Positions 10,440 to 20,274 of a stretch of DNA of 64,000 nt are shown piece after piece (within the stretch, counting starts at the first letter, position 1; the number at the start of each line of letters is the position of its first letter). The stretch covers positions 3,162,001 to 3,226,000 of the forward strand of contig OY986948.1 of NCBI GenBank assembly GCA_963920595.1, in the 5' to 3' direction. The notes below the pieces were generated by a model. It was not told where the DNA came from, searched no databases, and was given only the letters and a program-made list of their open reading frames with translations. A program made the translations under genes and the position numbers. Source of the stretch: Eimeria praecox (lineage: Eukaryota).

Positions 10440-13400
10440 CAGGCCTAGACGTTACGGGAGATGAACGTGCTAGGCAAATAAAGCGCACGGATGGTAAATT
10501 GTGCCTGGCGGCCACCGGGCCCAACGCCATCCCAGTCTCCCCCGACTGGAGGCAGAAGCTTCTCCCGAAGAAGAAGCTGGCCCAGCAGAAAGAGGAGGTC
10601 GAGCGGACCCCCTCAGCAGCTGCAGGAAATTTCGCTCCGTCCTGGACCGGGAACGAACGGATCGGAACCGATAACAGCGGGAAAGGGGATCCCGCACAGG
10701 AACGCACACGGGAGGTCTCGCGGCAAGAGACCTCACAGCAGAAAGCGGCAGAAAGAGCAGCGGATTTACACGATAACGGCGGGAAAGGGGATCCCGCACA
10801 GGAACGTACACGGGAGGTCTCGCGGCAAGAGAGCTCACAGCAGAAAGCGGTAGAAAGAGCAGCAGATTTACCCTGGTGGCACGAAAGGATGTCACCAGAG
10901 CTGACGCATGAGTATCACGGGTCCCTCTGCTGCACAGGCAAGACAGCGGTACTGCAGCTAGAGATTGTGCGACAAGAGTGTGAGGGGCTACTCGACACAG
11001 GAGCGTCACGCAGCTTTATTAGTCCGGCTGCGGTCGAGCGATTGGGGCTTAGGGTGCGTATCTTACCTGAGACATGCTCCTTTACTGTCGCCAACGGAGA
11101 GGTTCTGCATATTGACCGATTCGTCCCTCGGTTATCCATGCTATGCGGAGGGGAGTGTTTCACGGGGGATTTCCTAGTAGGTCCGATCCCTTACGATGTT
11201 ATCCTCGGTATCGATTGGCTTGTTAACCACAAGGTAGCGTGGTATTTCCAGTCCGACAAGCTTCGGACGTATGTGAAGGGACGGTGGTGTGACCTACCGG
11301 TCCAGCGAAAGGAACTTAGACCCCCGGCGGACGCTTCAACTACCACGAAGCCTGCGAAGAGCACAGCAGACCTCTCATACGAAGCACTAGCTCAGCAAGT
11401 GGCCCGCATGAAGGCAGAGGAGGCCGCTACACTCCTCCGACCGCCTCGCAAACGTTATAAGTCCCGGCATCGGGCAGGTGCTCGAGTACAGATAAAGGAT
11501 CTACTACGTGAGGCCCGCCACAACACCGCTAATATGGGACAAGCTCTCGAAGGACTACATTTCATTGCCGTCTTACCGGAGACTAAACCCGACCGAGTCG
11601 TCCATGTACCCCTGGAGCGTCAGGGTCCCCTTCTGTGCGCAATCGTGGAACATCACCAGGCATCGGTATGCGAACCACACGCTAAGTCTGCCGATGCCGT
11701 TGTATCTGAAATGCAAGACTCGGAGGACTCCCCTTGGCCCACAGCTAAGCTGACATACACTGAATTCGACAGTTGGTCCCAAAGCCCGGCAGCACTCCGC
11801 TTACCACCACAGATACTCACCGTCTTACAGCAGCATCGACTCGTGTTCCCCGATAGTCTTCCCGATGGGTTGCCCCCCAAACGACCCTATGACCATCGCA
11901 TTCTCTTGCTGCCCGGCAAGCTACCGACCAAAGCCCCTATATACAAGTTGCCCCCTGAACAGCTCGCTCACCATACGAAGGAGATTGCTGGGCTGTCGGC
12001 TAAGGGATGGATAGGACCTACCTATTCTCCAATATGCGCCCCCACCATCATGGTGGATAAACATGATGACGGATCCGGTGAACGCAAGATGCGCATGGTA
12101 GTGAACTATCAAGCATTAAATGCACTCACAATTGCCCCCGAATTCCCCATGCCCACCGTACATACTATTCTCGAAATGTTAGGAGGGGCTACCTACTTCT
12201 CTACATTGGACTTGGAGGCAGGATTTCACCAGATCCGCATGGCCAAGGAGGACCGATGGAAGACGGCTTTCCGCTCAGTGCAAGGACTTTTTGAGTACAA
12301 GGTTATGCCCTTTGGACTCAAGGGCGCGCCAGCTACCTTCCAAGCTACAATAAACGCCTATCTTCAACCACTCCTAGGCCACGGGGTCATTGCATATTTA
12401 GATGATGTGCTCATATATAGCCCAACACTGGATACCCACGCCGCCCTCCTACAGCAAGTTCTCAGCATTTTCCTCACCCACCAATTCTACCCACGGCTAT
12501 CGAAATGCAAGTTCGCACAGGAGGAGCTCACATACTTGGGATACACCATTGGGGCAGCAGGCATCAAACCGTCCGCCGACAAGGTCGAGGCCATACTCCT
12601 ACGGCCGGACGTACTGACTAATGAGACACAAGTCCGCCAGTTTCTGGGGACGGTCAACTACTGTCGGATGTTTATGGGGCCCCGCTTTGCAGACACAGCA
12701 AGACCCCTCGTTGAACTCACCCGGAAAGGTACCTCCTTCGTCTGGGGGCCCTCGCACACCGCCGCAGTCCGCCAACTCAAACGGCTCCTCGCTGAATACA
12801 CCACATTACAAGTCCCCGACCCCACGAGACCCTACACACTTTATACTGACGCATCTGGATACGCGCTTGGGGCTGTCCTACAGCAGGATGGCAAGCCGGT
12901 AGGCTTTCTGAGTCAAGTCCTGAGCCCAGCCCAACAACGGTACTCCATTTACGATCAGGAACTTCTCGCCCTCGTTACCGCCCTCGATAAGTGGCGTCAC
13001 CTCCTCCGCGCAGCCAAGGTCACCGCCTACACCGACCATCAAGCGTTGACATACCTGCAGCGCATCAACACACAGAAGCCACTCCGGGGCCGCACGGCTC
13101 GTTGGCTTGATTTCTTTGCTGAGTTCCCCGACCTAACTATCTCATACCTACAGGGCACCCGCAATACAGTCGCGGATGCCCTCTCCCGCCACCCCCAACA
13201 TGCGCTCCCTACTCACACCCCACCTCCCCTCTCTTCCCTTACCTCCGCATCATCAAGCAAAGCACCTCCACCTGCTCGTTATCGTACTCGGGCTAATCCT
13301 CGAGATTTCCGTGCTGAGGCAGGCCTCCGCCCGTCCCGATCACGCCGTACCGCCACTCCTTCCTCGCCTCCAGCCGCCTTGACGGACCATGATTCCCCTC

Positions 13401-15112
13401 CTTCGGACCCACCTCCACCGTCACGGACGCCCGACCCTCCATCCTCCCTCACCCTGGACGTGGACCCACTGACCCCTCAGCGATGGGCTGACGCGTACCC
13501 CCTCTGTCCCCACTTCAGCACGGCCTTTGCGGCCGCCAAGCAGCAAGACGGCGCTGAAGTCCCACACGAGCTGCAAGGCCGCCGTTATACCTTCCGGTTC
13601 CACCACCCCTATCTGCACATCTGCATTCACGGACTTTGGCGAATATGCGTTCCCACCTTGCCCGAGTTCCTCTCCCATCTCCTCTACCGCCACCACGACC
13701 ATGTCACTGCGGGCCACCGTGGCCAGAAGAAGACCTTTCTTTCCCTCAGTAAGCTTTATTACTGGCCTGGCATGCGTGCGTATACCACTGCCTACGTGGA
13801 GTCTTGCGTGCAGTGTCGCGCTTCTAAAGCCCTCTCCCAAAAGCCGGCCGGTCTCCTCCAACCCCTCCTAGTCCCCTCTCGCCGCTGGAGCCATGTTAGC
13901 CTTGACTTCATCACTGACCTCCCACCCACCCCACGCGGCCACGACTCCATCTTTGTCCTCGTTGACTCCCTTAGTAAAATGGCCCATTTTATTCCAACCA
14001 AAAAGACAGTGTCGGCCGCGGAAACCGTTGAGCTCCTCGCCGACCGCCTAATCCGCTACCATGGATTCCCTGACGTTCTCATTTCGGACCGCGACCCTCG
14101 CTTTCAGTCTCTCGTATGGGAACAGCTTTGCCACCGGTTCCATATCAAGCGCGCCATGTCTTCTGCATATCATCCGCAATCTGACGGGCAGACCGAGCGC
14201 GTCAATCGTACGTTGGAGCAAATGCTGCGCACTTATATTCAGTCCGACGAGCGCGAGTGGGAGCGCCTCCTGCCGGCGCTCGAGCTCGCTTACAATACCA
14301 CAAGCCACTCGTCTACCGAACTTAGCCCCTTCGAGGTCATGATCGGTCAGAACCCTATCACTGCCGCTGACCTCGATGTTGTTGGAAACCTTGCTCCCAC
14401 CCTCACCCCCCCCATGACTAAGCTGTTCCAGCAGCTTTGCGATCGCGCTCGCGGCCACATTCTTCGTGCCAAGTGGCAACAGAAGCTCCACGCAGATGCC
14501 CACGGCCGAGATGTCCAATATTCCCCTGGAGACATGGTATGGATCAGTAGCCGCCACCTTCCCCCTCTCAATCACTGTTCTAAGTTTGAACCACGCTTCC
14601 GCGGCCCCTTCCCCATCATTGACCGGGGTGGGAAGGTCGCCTATCGAGTCGCCCTACCCCCCACTTATACTTGTCATAACGTCTTCCACGTGTCACAGCT
14701 TGTGCCGGATCGCCCACGTGACCCACAGATGACCTCCAAGGAGGCGGCCGTCGGTTGGCTTCCCCTCACTGACCCGGAAGGTCGCCCACCAGATGTCTAT
14801 GAAGTTGATTATATCCTTGCCCAACGCGGCCTCGGCCCATCTACACAATACCTCGTTAAGTGGCGCGGCTATCCCGAAGACCAAGCGACCTGGGAGCCTG
14901 CTGCCCACCTCACTAACTGCCCCACCCTCCTCCGAGCCTGGCGTCGTCAGCTCCGCAAGACGCAGCGCTCTCACTCTACAGTTCCCTCCGCCGCCCCCCC
15001 TGACATTCCTCCTGTCCCCGAACAGCCCTCCCCTTCCTCGCCAGGGAGGGAAGTGGAGCGGCCTTCACCCGGCGGCCGCTCCAACAGTAATACACAACCT
15101 ATATCGACATGA
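10388..15112 (+). CDS. pol: Pol polyprotein: aspartic protease, RT, RNase H, integrase, chromodomain (-1 frame to gag, open from 10388)
   Basis: LLDTGAS, YLDD, YTDASG..ELLA..TDH, HHDHVTAGH..CVQC, SLDF..SDRD..GQTER, RGPF, YEVDYILAQR..YLVKWRGYPEDQATWEP; the listed start 10499 is a TTG, not an ATG. Confidence 0.97.
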   Translation, partial: TPIGHRERRSGNKPVKLAGLDVTGDERARQIKRTDGKLCLAATGPNAIPVSPDWRQKLLPKKKLAQQKEEVERTPSAAAGNFAPSWTGNERIGTDNSGKGDPAQERTREVSRQETSQQKAAERAADLHDNGGKGDPAQERTREVSRQESSQQKAVERAADLPWWHERMSPELTHEYHGSLCCTGKTAVLQLEIVRQECEGLLDTGASRSFISPAAVERLGLRVRILPETCSFTVANGEVLHIDRFVPRLSMLCGGECFTGDFLVGPIPYDVILGIDWLVNHKVAWYFQSDKLRTYVKGRWCDLPVQRKELRPPADASTTTKPAKSTADLSYEALAQQVARMKAEEAATLLRPPRKRYKSRHRAGARVQIKDLLREARHNTANMGQALEGLHFIAVLPETKPDRVVHVPLERQGPLLCAIVEHHQASVCEPHAKSADAVVSEMQDSEDSPWPTAKLTYTEFDSWSQSPAALRLPPQILTVLQQHRLVFPDSLPDGLPPKRPYDHRILLLPGKLPTKAPIYKLPPEQLAHHTKEIAGLSAKGWIGPTYSPICAPTIMVDKHDDGSGERKMRMVVNYQALNALTIAPEFPMPTVHTILEMLGGATYFSTLDLEAGFHQIRMAKEDRWKTAFRSVQGLFEYKVMPFGLKGAPATFQATINAYLQPLLGHGVIAYLDDVLIYSPTLDTHAALLQQVLSIFLTHQFYPRLSKCKFAQEELTYLGYTIGAAGIKPSADKVEAILLRPDVLTNETQVRQFLGTVNYCRMFMGPRFADTARPLVELTRKGTSFVWGPSHTAAVRQLKRLLAEYTTLQVPDPTRPYTLYTDASGYALGAVLQQDGKPVGFLSQVLSPAQQRYSIYDQELLALVTALDKWRHLLRAAKVTAYTDHQALTYLQRINTQKPLRGRTARWLDFFAEFPDLTISYLQGTRNTVADALSRHPQHALPTHTPPPLSSLTSASSSKAPPPARYRTRANPRDFRAEAGLRPSRSRRTATPSSPPAALTDHDSPPSDPPPPSRTPDPPSSLTLDVDPLTPQRWADAYPLCPHFSTAFAAAKQQDGAEVPHELQGRRYTFRFHHPYLHICIHGLWRICVPTLPEFLSHLLYRHHDHVTAGHRGQKKTFLSLSKLYYWPGMRAYTTAYVESCVQCRASKALSQKPAGLLQPLLVPSRRWSHVSLDFITDLPPTPRGHDSIFVLVDSLSKMAHFIPTKKTVSAAETVELLADRLIRYHGFPDVLISDRDPRFQSLVWEQLCHRFHIKRAMSSAYHPQSDGQTERVNRTLEQMLRTYIQSDEREWERLLPALELAYNTTSHSSTELSPFEVMIGQNPITAADLDVVGNLAPTLTPPMTKLFQQLCDRARGHILRAKWQQKLHADAHGRDVQYSPGDMVWISSRHLPPLNHCSKFEPRFRGPFPIIDRGGKVAYRVALPPTYTCHNVFHVSQLVPDRPRDPQMTSKEAAVGWLPLTDPEGRPPDVYEVDYILAQRGLGPSTQYLVKWRGYPEDQATWEPAAHLTNCPTLLRAWRRQLRKTQRSHSTVPSAAPPDIPPVPEQPSPSSPGREVERPSPGGRSNSNTQPIST
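10430..10541 (+). promoter_or_regulatory. Candidate -1 programmed ribosomal frameshift signal
   Basis: G_TCA_AAC (10430-10436), 6-nt spacer, hairpin 10443-10475, loop GGGAGAT complementary to GTCTCCC 10535-10541; homologous in B and C. Confidence 0.7.
10669..10871 (+). repeat. In-frame 102-bp tandem duplication at the start of pol
   Basis: DNSGKGDPAQERTREVSRQETSQQKAAERAADLH followed by DNGGKGDPAQERTREVSRQESSQQKAVERAADLP. Confidence 0.95.
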
Positions 15113-15191
15113 GAGGAAGTCCTGAAAGCAAGACTGAGATAAGAGAAAAACGAAAGCAAAGTCCCAAAGTTACGGAGGAAAGTTTTCATCC

Positions 15192-15201
15192 AAGGGGGAA
15201 G
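15192..15201 (+). promoter_or_regulatory. Polypurine tract of element A
   Basis: AAGGGGGAAG 1 nt before the 3' LTR. Confidence 0.8.
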
Positions 15202-15202
15202 T

Positions 15203-15597
15203 TGTAGTGCCTGGCACTACAATACCCCGGATTTAAGCTCCTAATTCGGCAAGAAAGAATTTAGTGAGGAAAAAACGAAAGGTCAATTAAGGTTTGCTAG
15301 TTGACTCGAAGCAGTCAACCGGCGGGGGGCTAGCTAGCTGGGGGACCTGGGGCTGGCAGCCGCTCCCGCAGCGGCGCAGGCACCCGCCCGCCCTGCACGA
15401 GCACTGCGGCGCTCGATGTGGGGACACTGTAAAACGTTAGAATATTTTAGAATATAAAAAGTAGTTGAACGGCCTTTTATGTTTTCTTTTTAGAAACTCT
15501 AATTATTCAAAAAGTAGGAGCATGAATTGACCTGGTTTTAGTTTGCGACGCCAGCACCAGAGGTAGATTATGTAGCCTGAAGAGACGCGGCGCTACA
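15203..15597 (+). repeat. 3' LTR of element A (395 bp)
   Basis: Copy of 8787-9178 with ~8 substitutions and a 3-nt A-run insertion. Confidence 0.97.
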
Positions 15598-17505
15598 GGA
15601 GTCCTTTTGGGAGCGACTTGGTTCTCATCTTCAGTTCGTTTGGCCAAGTGTGTACGCACCAGGGGCAATTCACACCACCTGCCACCCAGATACGTCCTCA
15701 GCTTGTCCGACTGGAAATACCAGGAAACCTTATGCCTCGTCAACCAATCAAGTCCTAGGACGATATCATAGAGGACGGGACCCACTAGATAATCACCAGT
15801 AAAACATTCCCGTCCACACCAGACAGTCAAACGCTTCAGGGTTCTATCAATATGCAACTGAGCACCGTTCGCTATGGTAAACACATACACATCCGAAATT
15901 TTCCACACTTTCAGCTGTAAGGCTTCAACCAAAGGGGGGTTGATGAAACTGCGTGAGACTCCAGTATCGAGGAGCGCCTCACAGGAACGCCCCACCACCT
16001 CTACGGGTAGGACAGCCGGCGCGCCCACATTGCACAACATTCCCTCCATTTTGGAGCCCTCATTTGCAACGAGCTCCAGCCACCACGGTGGCAAGTCAAC
16101 GTTTGTAACTGACTGATGGTCCTCAACAGACACTCCGACGTTCACGTCTCTGCTGTTGTCGGTATTACGCTTCTCCTCCCCGTTGCTTGCTGGTGCCTGT
16201 GCAGCTGTCGGGCGCTCTGCTGACAGCTTCCGACAAGCAGTTGGCCCTTGATCGTCCGCTGGTGCCCCTTGCTCCTTATGGATTAGCTTCTCTGCCCACC
16301 GAGGGGAGACTGGAATGGCATTAGGTTCTGTTGCTTCTGCGCACATCACACCTCTGCCACGATTTGGCAGCTTAGCACGTTTGTCTCCCGCAACGCCTGG
16401 GCTCCCCGTTTAAACGTTCAGATCGCTGCTCTTTCTGCTGTGCGGCTGTCGATGAAGTGTGACTACCCCCTCCTGTCCCCGTACGAACAGGTGTTCGGCA
16501 TTCGCGAGCGTAGTGGCCCATACCTCCGCAGTCCCGACACGTTTCTGCGGATTTGTTCGATGTCGGATCACCGGTTGGACAATTCTTAGCAATGTGCCCC
16601 TTGCCTTCACACTGGTAACACACCATTTCTGTTCGGTAACCTGATGCTCGGGTGTTCCGTCTAATCTCATTAGACACGGGCGCACGTGGAAACTCCGCTG
16701 CTCTTCCTGTCAGACTAAGTTGGAACTCCCGTTCCCGCCTACAGAATTCCTCCTGTGCGGCTGCCCACGGGGCGGCGACAGCTGCTAATGCGTGGGCGGC
16801 CTCCCTCCAATGGCTGAAGTGTTTCGTACCTCGCTATGTTACGGCCCATCTGAGTTCCGCTGGAATATTCGTTAAGAAATAACCAACTAAGTCTTCTGCC
16901 GACAACTGGGATCCTCGGGCCACGATTCGACTGAAGTTAGCCGTATAGGTGCTGTAGTTCCCTTCCCATTTGTTAGCTGCCATTTGGTAAATGAGTGTTG
17001 CTCGATCTATCGTGCAGAAACATCTTATTAATTCCTGTTTGATGAGTGCCCAATTAGTCATGTCCCTACCAGATTGTTTCAGGTCCACCCAGCACTGTAG
17101 GGCGTCCTCGTCAAGGTATTCTCCAAGCTCGTCACCCCAGAGCTCTTGTGGAAGAGACATCTTCCTGAACCGTTGTTCTATAAGCATTAAAAAGGGTTGC
17201 ATGTTATTGCCCTTCTCCCGAGCGAGGGGCAGGGGTGGTACGAATGACGACCGGTGCACACTCATCTGAATGAGGCAATTCTGCAGCCGTTCTACTTCTT
17301 GTCTTAGTCTGGCTATTTCATCGGACTGATGCTCTTGTGGCTACATTTCCACAACCGGTTTCTTTGGAGCCGCAATATGAGGAAGTTCTCGTTGCGACGG
17401 TTGAGGTATCGAAGTGCGGTTGAATCGAGTTTGTCCCTGTACCGTGGACATTCGCCTCGACGCTGGTTCGGGTGGACTTATCACTCGGCCATTACGGAAG
17501 TGCAT
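15598..17505 (-). pseudogene. gag-pol: Element B gag (two TAG stops at 17341 and 16834) and protease portion of pol
   Basis: CYQCEGKGHIAKNC, CRDCGGMGHYAREC, ALLDTGVSRSF, HKVSWYFQSDKLRTY; cut off by element A LTR at 15597. Confidence 0.9.
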
Positions 17506-17634
17506 GGCGATTGCCTCCAGGAGACTTGCTCGCCGAGGTCCCCAGGTCCGTAGAATGAGGTTGTTTGTGTGAAATGAAATGAGCAGAAGAAGAAAAAATA
17601 TTATCGTTTTTTCGTTTTGTTTGTTTTTTTTTAA

Positions 17635-17652
17635 ATCCCGGAGCAGCCCCCA
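17635..17652 (-). promoter_or_regulatory. Primer-binding site (tRNA-Pro-like), element B
   Basis: TGGGGGCTGCTCCGGGAT on the minus strand, 2 nt after the LTR. Confidence 0.8.
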
Positions 17653-17654
17653 AA

Positions 17655-18054
17655 TGTAGTGAACAGTTAGTCTACACTGTTTACTACGATAGATCCCTAG
17701 GCTAGACAGAGTAGGTGCACACGCCACAATCTCGCTCTTAAACCTATGATTCTCGCTGAAACCATTAACAAACACCGTTAACAACCAAATATATGATCGA
17801 GTTCCTATTATTGTTCCCCAAGGAAAAGCCAGAATAATAGAACTGGTGATCGACCATCGCTGAGGGCCGGACCAGAGTCACAGCAACACCCGGCCCCAAG
17901 CTGGTGCTGGCTGGCGGGCATTCTGATCCTATTAAGCTGCCTTGCTATCTAAAGTGTCCTAATCTCGGAAATCTTCTTAAGTGTTCATTCCTTTTCATGA
18001 TATCAGGCCTCTAGAGGCCACACCAGAGATCCATTGTAATGCCTGTGCACTACA
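17655..18054 (-). repeat. 5' LTR of element B (400 bp)
   Basis: Minus strand starts TGTAGTGCACAGGCATTACA, ends GTTCACTACA; flanked by TSD. Confidence 0.9.
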
Positions 18055-18059
18055 AGTGC

Positions 18060-18900
18060 ACTCCAGGTACTCCTTCAAGTTGGTGATTTCAGTCATTTTA
18101 CCCTTTAGCTCCCTATTCATAGCCCAGTTTGCTACCATTTCTCTCTCTTTGGCGGGAAGCTCTGCTGTGAACCGATTATATAGGAGCTCTCCACCCACAA
18201 CTGGACTTCTGTTCACCAAAGATTGCTGCTTCTATATGTAACTTTCCATCGGCAGTTTTCCTTGCTTACGTTTTCTCAGCTCCGTCATAGTTTGTTCCCT
18301 TGGGGACCTGGAAAAGAGCATGCATCACAGAGCATCCGAGGTTTCCATGGTCCCGATGTGCTCGGGGAGAACGAAACATTTACAGAATCTACGCCGCCAC
18401 CTTCGTGCATCCCCATCTAATTGAGGAAATACCAAAACCGATAGCAGATCTTCCGATGCATTTTGGAGAGGAAGATGTAAACTGAGGGAACCAAGAAACT
18501 CCTGTAAAGCCTCTGCATCGCGGTTCGGGTCAGCCAAAAACGCTTCATAAAGAATGCTTGCACCTCTGCCAAGGCGGAGGCATTCTTCATGGCATATTTA
18601 TTTTTGGTGGAAATGCACTTTCTACAATATGGGATGCAGAAATAGAGCTTGTTTCTGGTCGGCGAGGCTCCCTTCAGTGTATTTCCTCCCTCCCCGAGGG
18701 ATGGTCATGATTAATATCCATTGTGCGAAAGAAAACGTTGATGTTTCGATAGAGACTTAAAAGGGAAATGGCCGAGGATTACTTTTTTCGTGTGCGCTGC
18801 CAGCTACAGGCTCACCTTCCCGGGTGATGCGAGCGGGGTTCGTTGCTCGGATCTGCCTGGATGAACTATGCTGTGGTAGCAAATGTAGCGAGAATCCTCA
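18060..18900 (-). mobile_element. Probable gag-region remnant of element D, contiguous with 8736 before B inserted
   Basis: Broken coding-like minus-strand ORFs (18325..18537, 17995..18219); adjacency implied by the AGTGC TSD; no diagnostic motif recognised. Confidence 0.35.
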
Positions 18901-20274
18901 ATGTTAGCCGAGGAACGTCGCGAGCCGCAATCTCTATTGCGGCTCGTAATGACTTAACGAAAGAGTACCCAAAAAGCAGCAGCACACCCAACACCACCCA
19001 GGCGCCTTCAGGACATCTGCACATGCGCATGGGCTGGTGGCCAGAGGGGAAGGCCTGTCATGTGCTGAAACGCTCTTTCCTGCAGCTACTGTTGCAAGGC
19101 AGTCGCACATAGCACGCACAGGCAGTGCCCCTTCGCTGCACGCGCTAGCGTTGTAGACTGTAGTGTGCACTATCCTGAAATACTTACGTGGCTATCCGTA
19201 CCCAGCCTGTGAGCAAGGAGGGACACGTGTACCAGCCTCACTTCGAGCATGCTACGCTCGACCTTAGCAGATGATCGGCGTCGAGCTGCAACAGAGCCAA
19301 AGGATTACTATAAGAATTCTCCACTAGCAAATGGCCTCCCTCCCCCATCCCCCAGCTGTTCTGGGCACGGCTACCCACGCCTTGTTGCTCGTGCAGAGAG
19401 AAGGCGGCCTCTTACCAGATGCAAAGCACGTCATTGCAACAGTGCAACTCTACACCTACTGCAGGGCAAAAACACATGCAAGCACATGGAAGTGCTCTTT
19501 CCCCCCTGCTTTAGCACTGTATACAATTGATGAGCACATAGTTGGCCCTCAGTAATAATCCTGCACACGATTAGGAATATACATACCTGCTCCAGACAGG
19601 CGATGCTCCACTACTACGCAGAACATGCTGCATAGGAAATTGAGGAAGCCAGGAAATTGGATATTCACGGAGCTTTTTTGATAGACAGGACACAAAAGTG
19701 GCGGTTGGGTACAAATTTGTCTCGACGAATTGCCGCGTATACATGGAGAGTAGTAAATATAGTGAAACAGGAATGCCATCGCACAGCGTCGTACAGCTCT
19801 ACAACTAAGGCGGGTGGGCATGGCAGCCTAATGCTATCTCCCAGACAGGTCAAGAAGGGTTTATTGACACGATTAAATATTTGTTGAAACAATATCTCTT
19901 CTGGAGAAGCGCAACTGCCGGGGTGCGCTAGCCTTTGAATACAAGCTACCTCATCCATTCAAAGATGCTTGCACGTGCACTAAACTAGTTTCCCCTGGAC
20001 CCCACAAAGAAAGGTGAGTACAAATACTGTGAATTAGTTTGTAATAATCAATTGCTATTGTTCACAACGTGTAGTTCTAGTGTTAAGTGAGCACGGGTTC
20101 CAGACGTGCTTTCTTTGCCTCAAGATGGGCGTCGAAGACCTGTGAGCAACGAACGGTATCAAAGAGCCCCATGCATTTCGTTTTCTTTGGATGTGGGTTA
20201 AATATCATGAAGGTGTGCAGGGCTTTCTGTCCTTTCGTTTGTCTCATTGTGTCAGGTTATTCCTAAGGGCAAAT

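Larger units (their letters stand above)
8787..15597 (+). mobile_element. Near-intact chromovirus (Ty3/Gypsy) LTR retrotransposon, element A (6.8 kb)
   Basis: Paired LTRs, PBS, gag with 2 CCHC knuckles, 1537-aa pol ending in a chromodomain, polypurine tract. Confidence 0.97.
8742..18054 (-). mobile_element. LTR retrotransposon element B (interrupted by element A; most of pol and 3' LTR missing)
   Basis: Full 5' LTR 17655-18054, 45-bp 3' LTR remnant 8742-8786, AGTGC TSD at 8737-8741 and 18055-18059, PBS 17635-17652, gag 17505-16372, PR ~16349-15598. Confidence 0.9.

Noticed and set aside
15507..15597. C-terminal extension of ORF 15507..16349
   Set aside because: Read-through into the antisense of element A's LTR, not part of B pol
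19150..19180. TGTAGTGTGCACTA as an LTR end of element D
   Set aside because: No adjacent PBS or matching second LTR found
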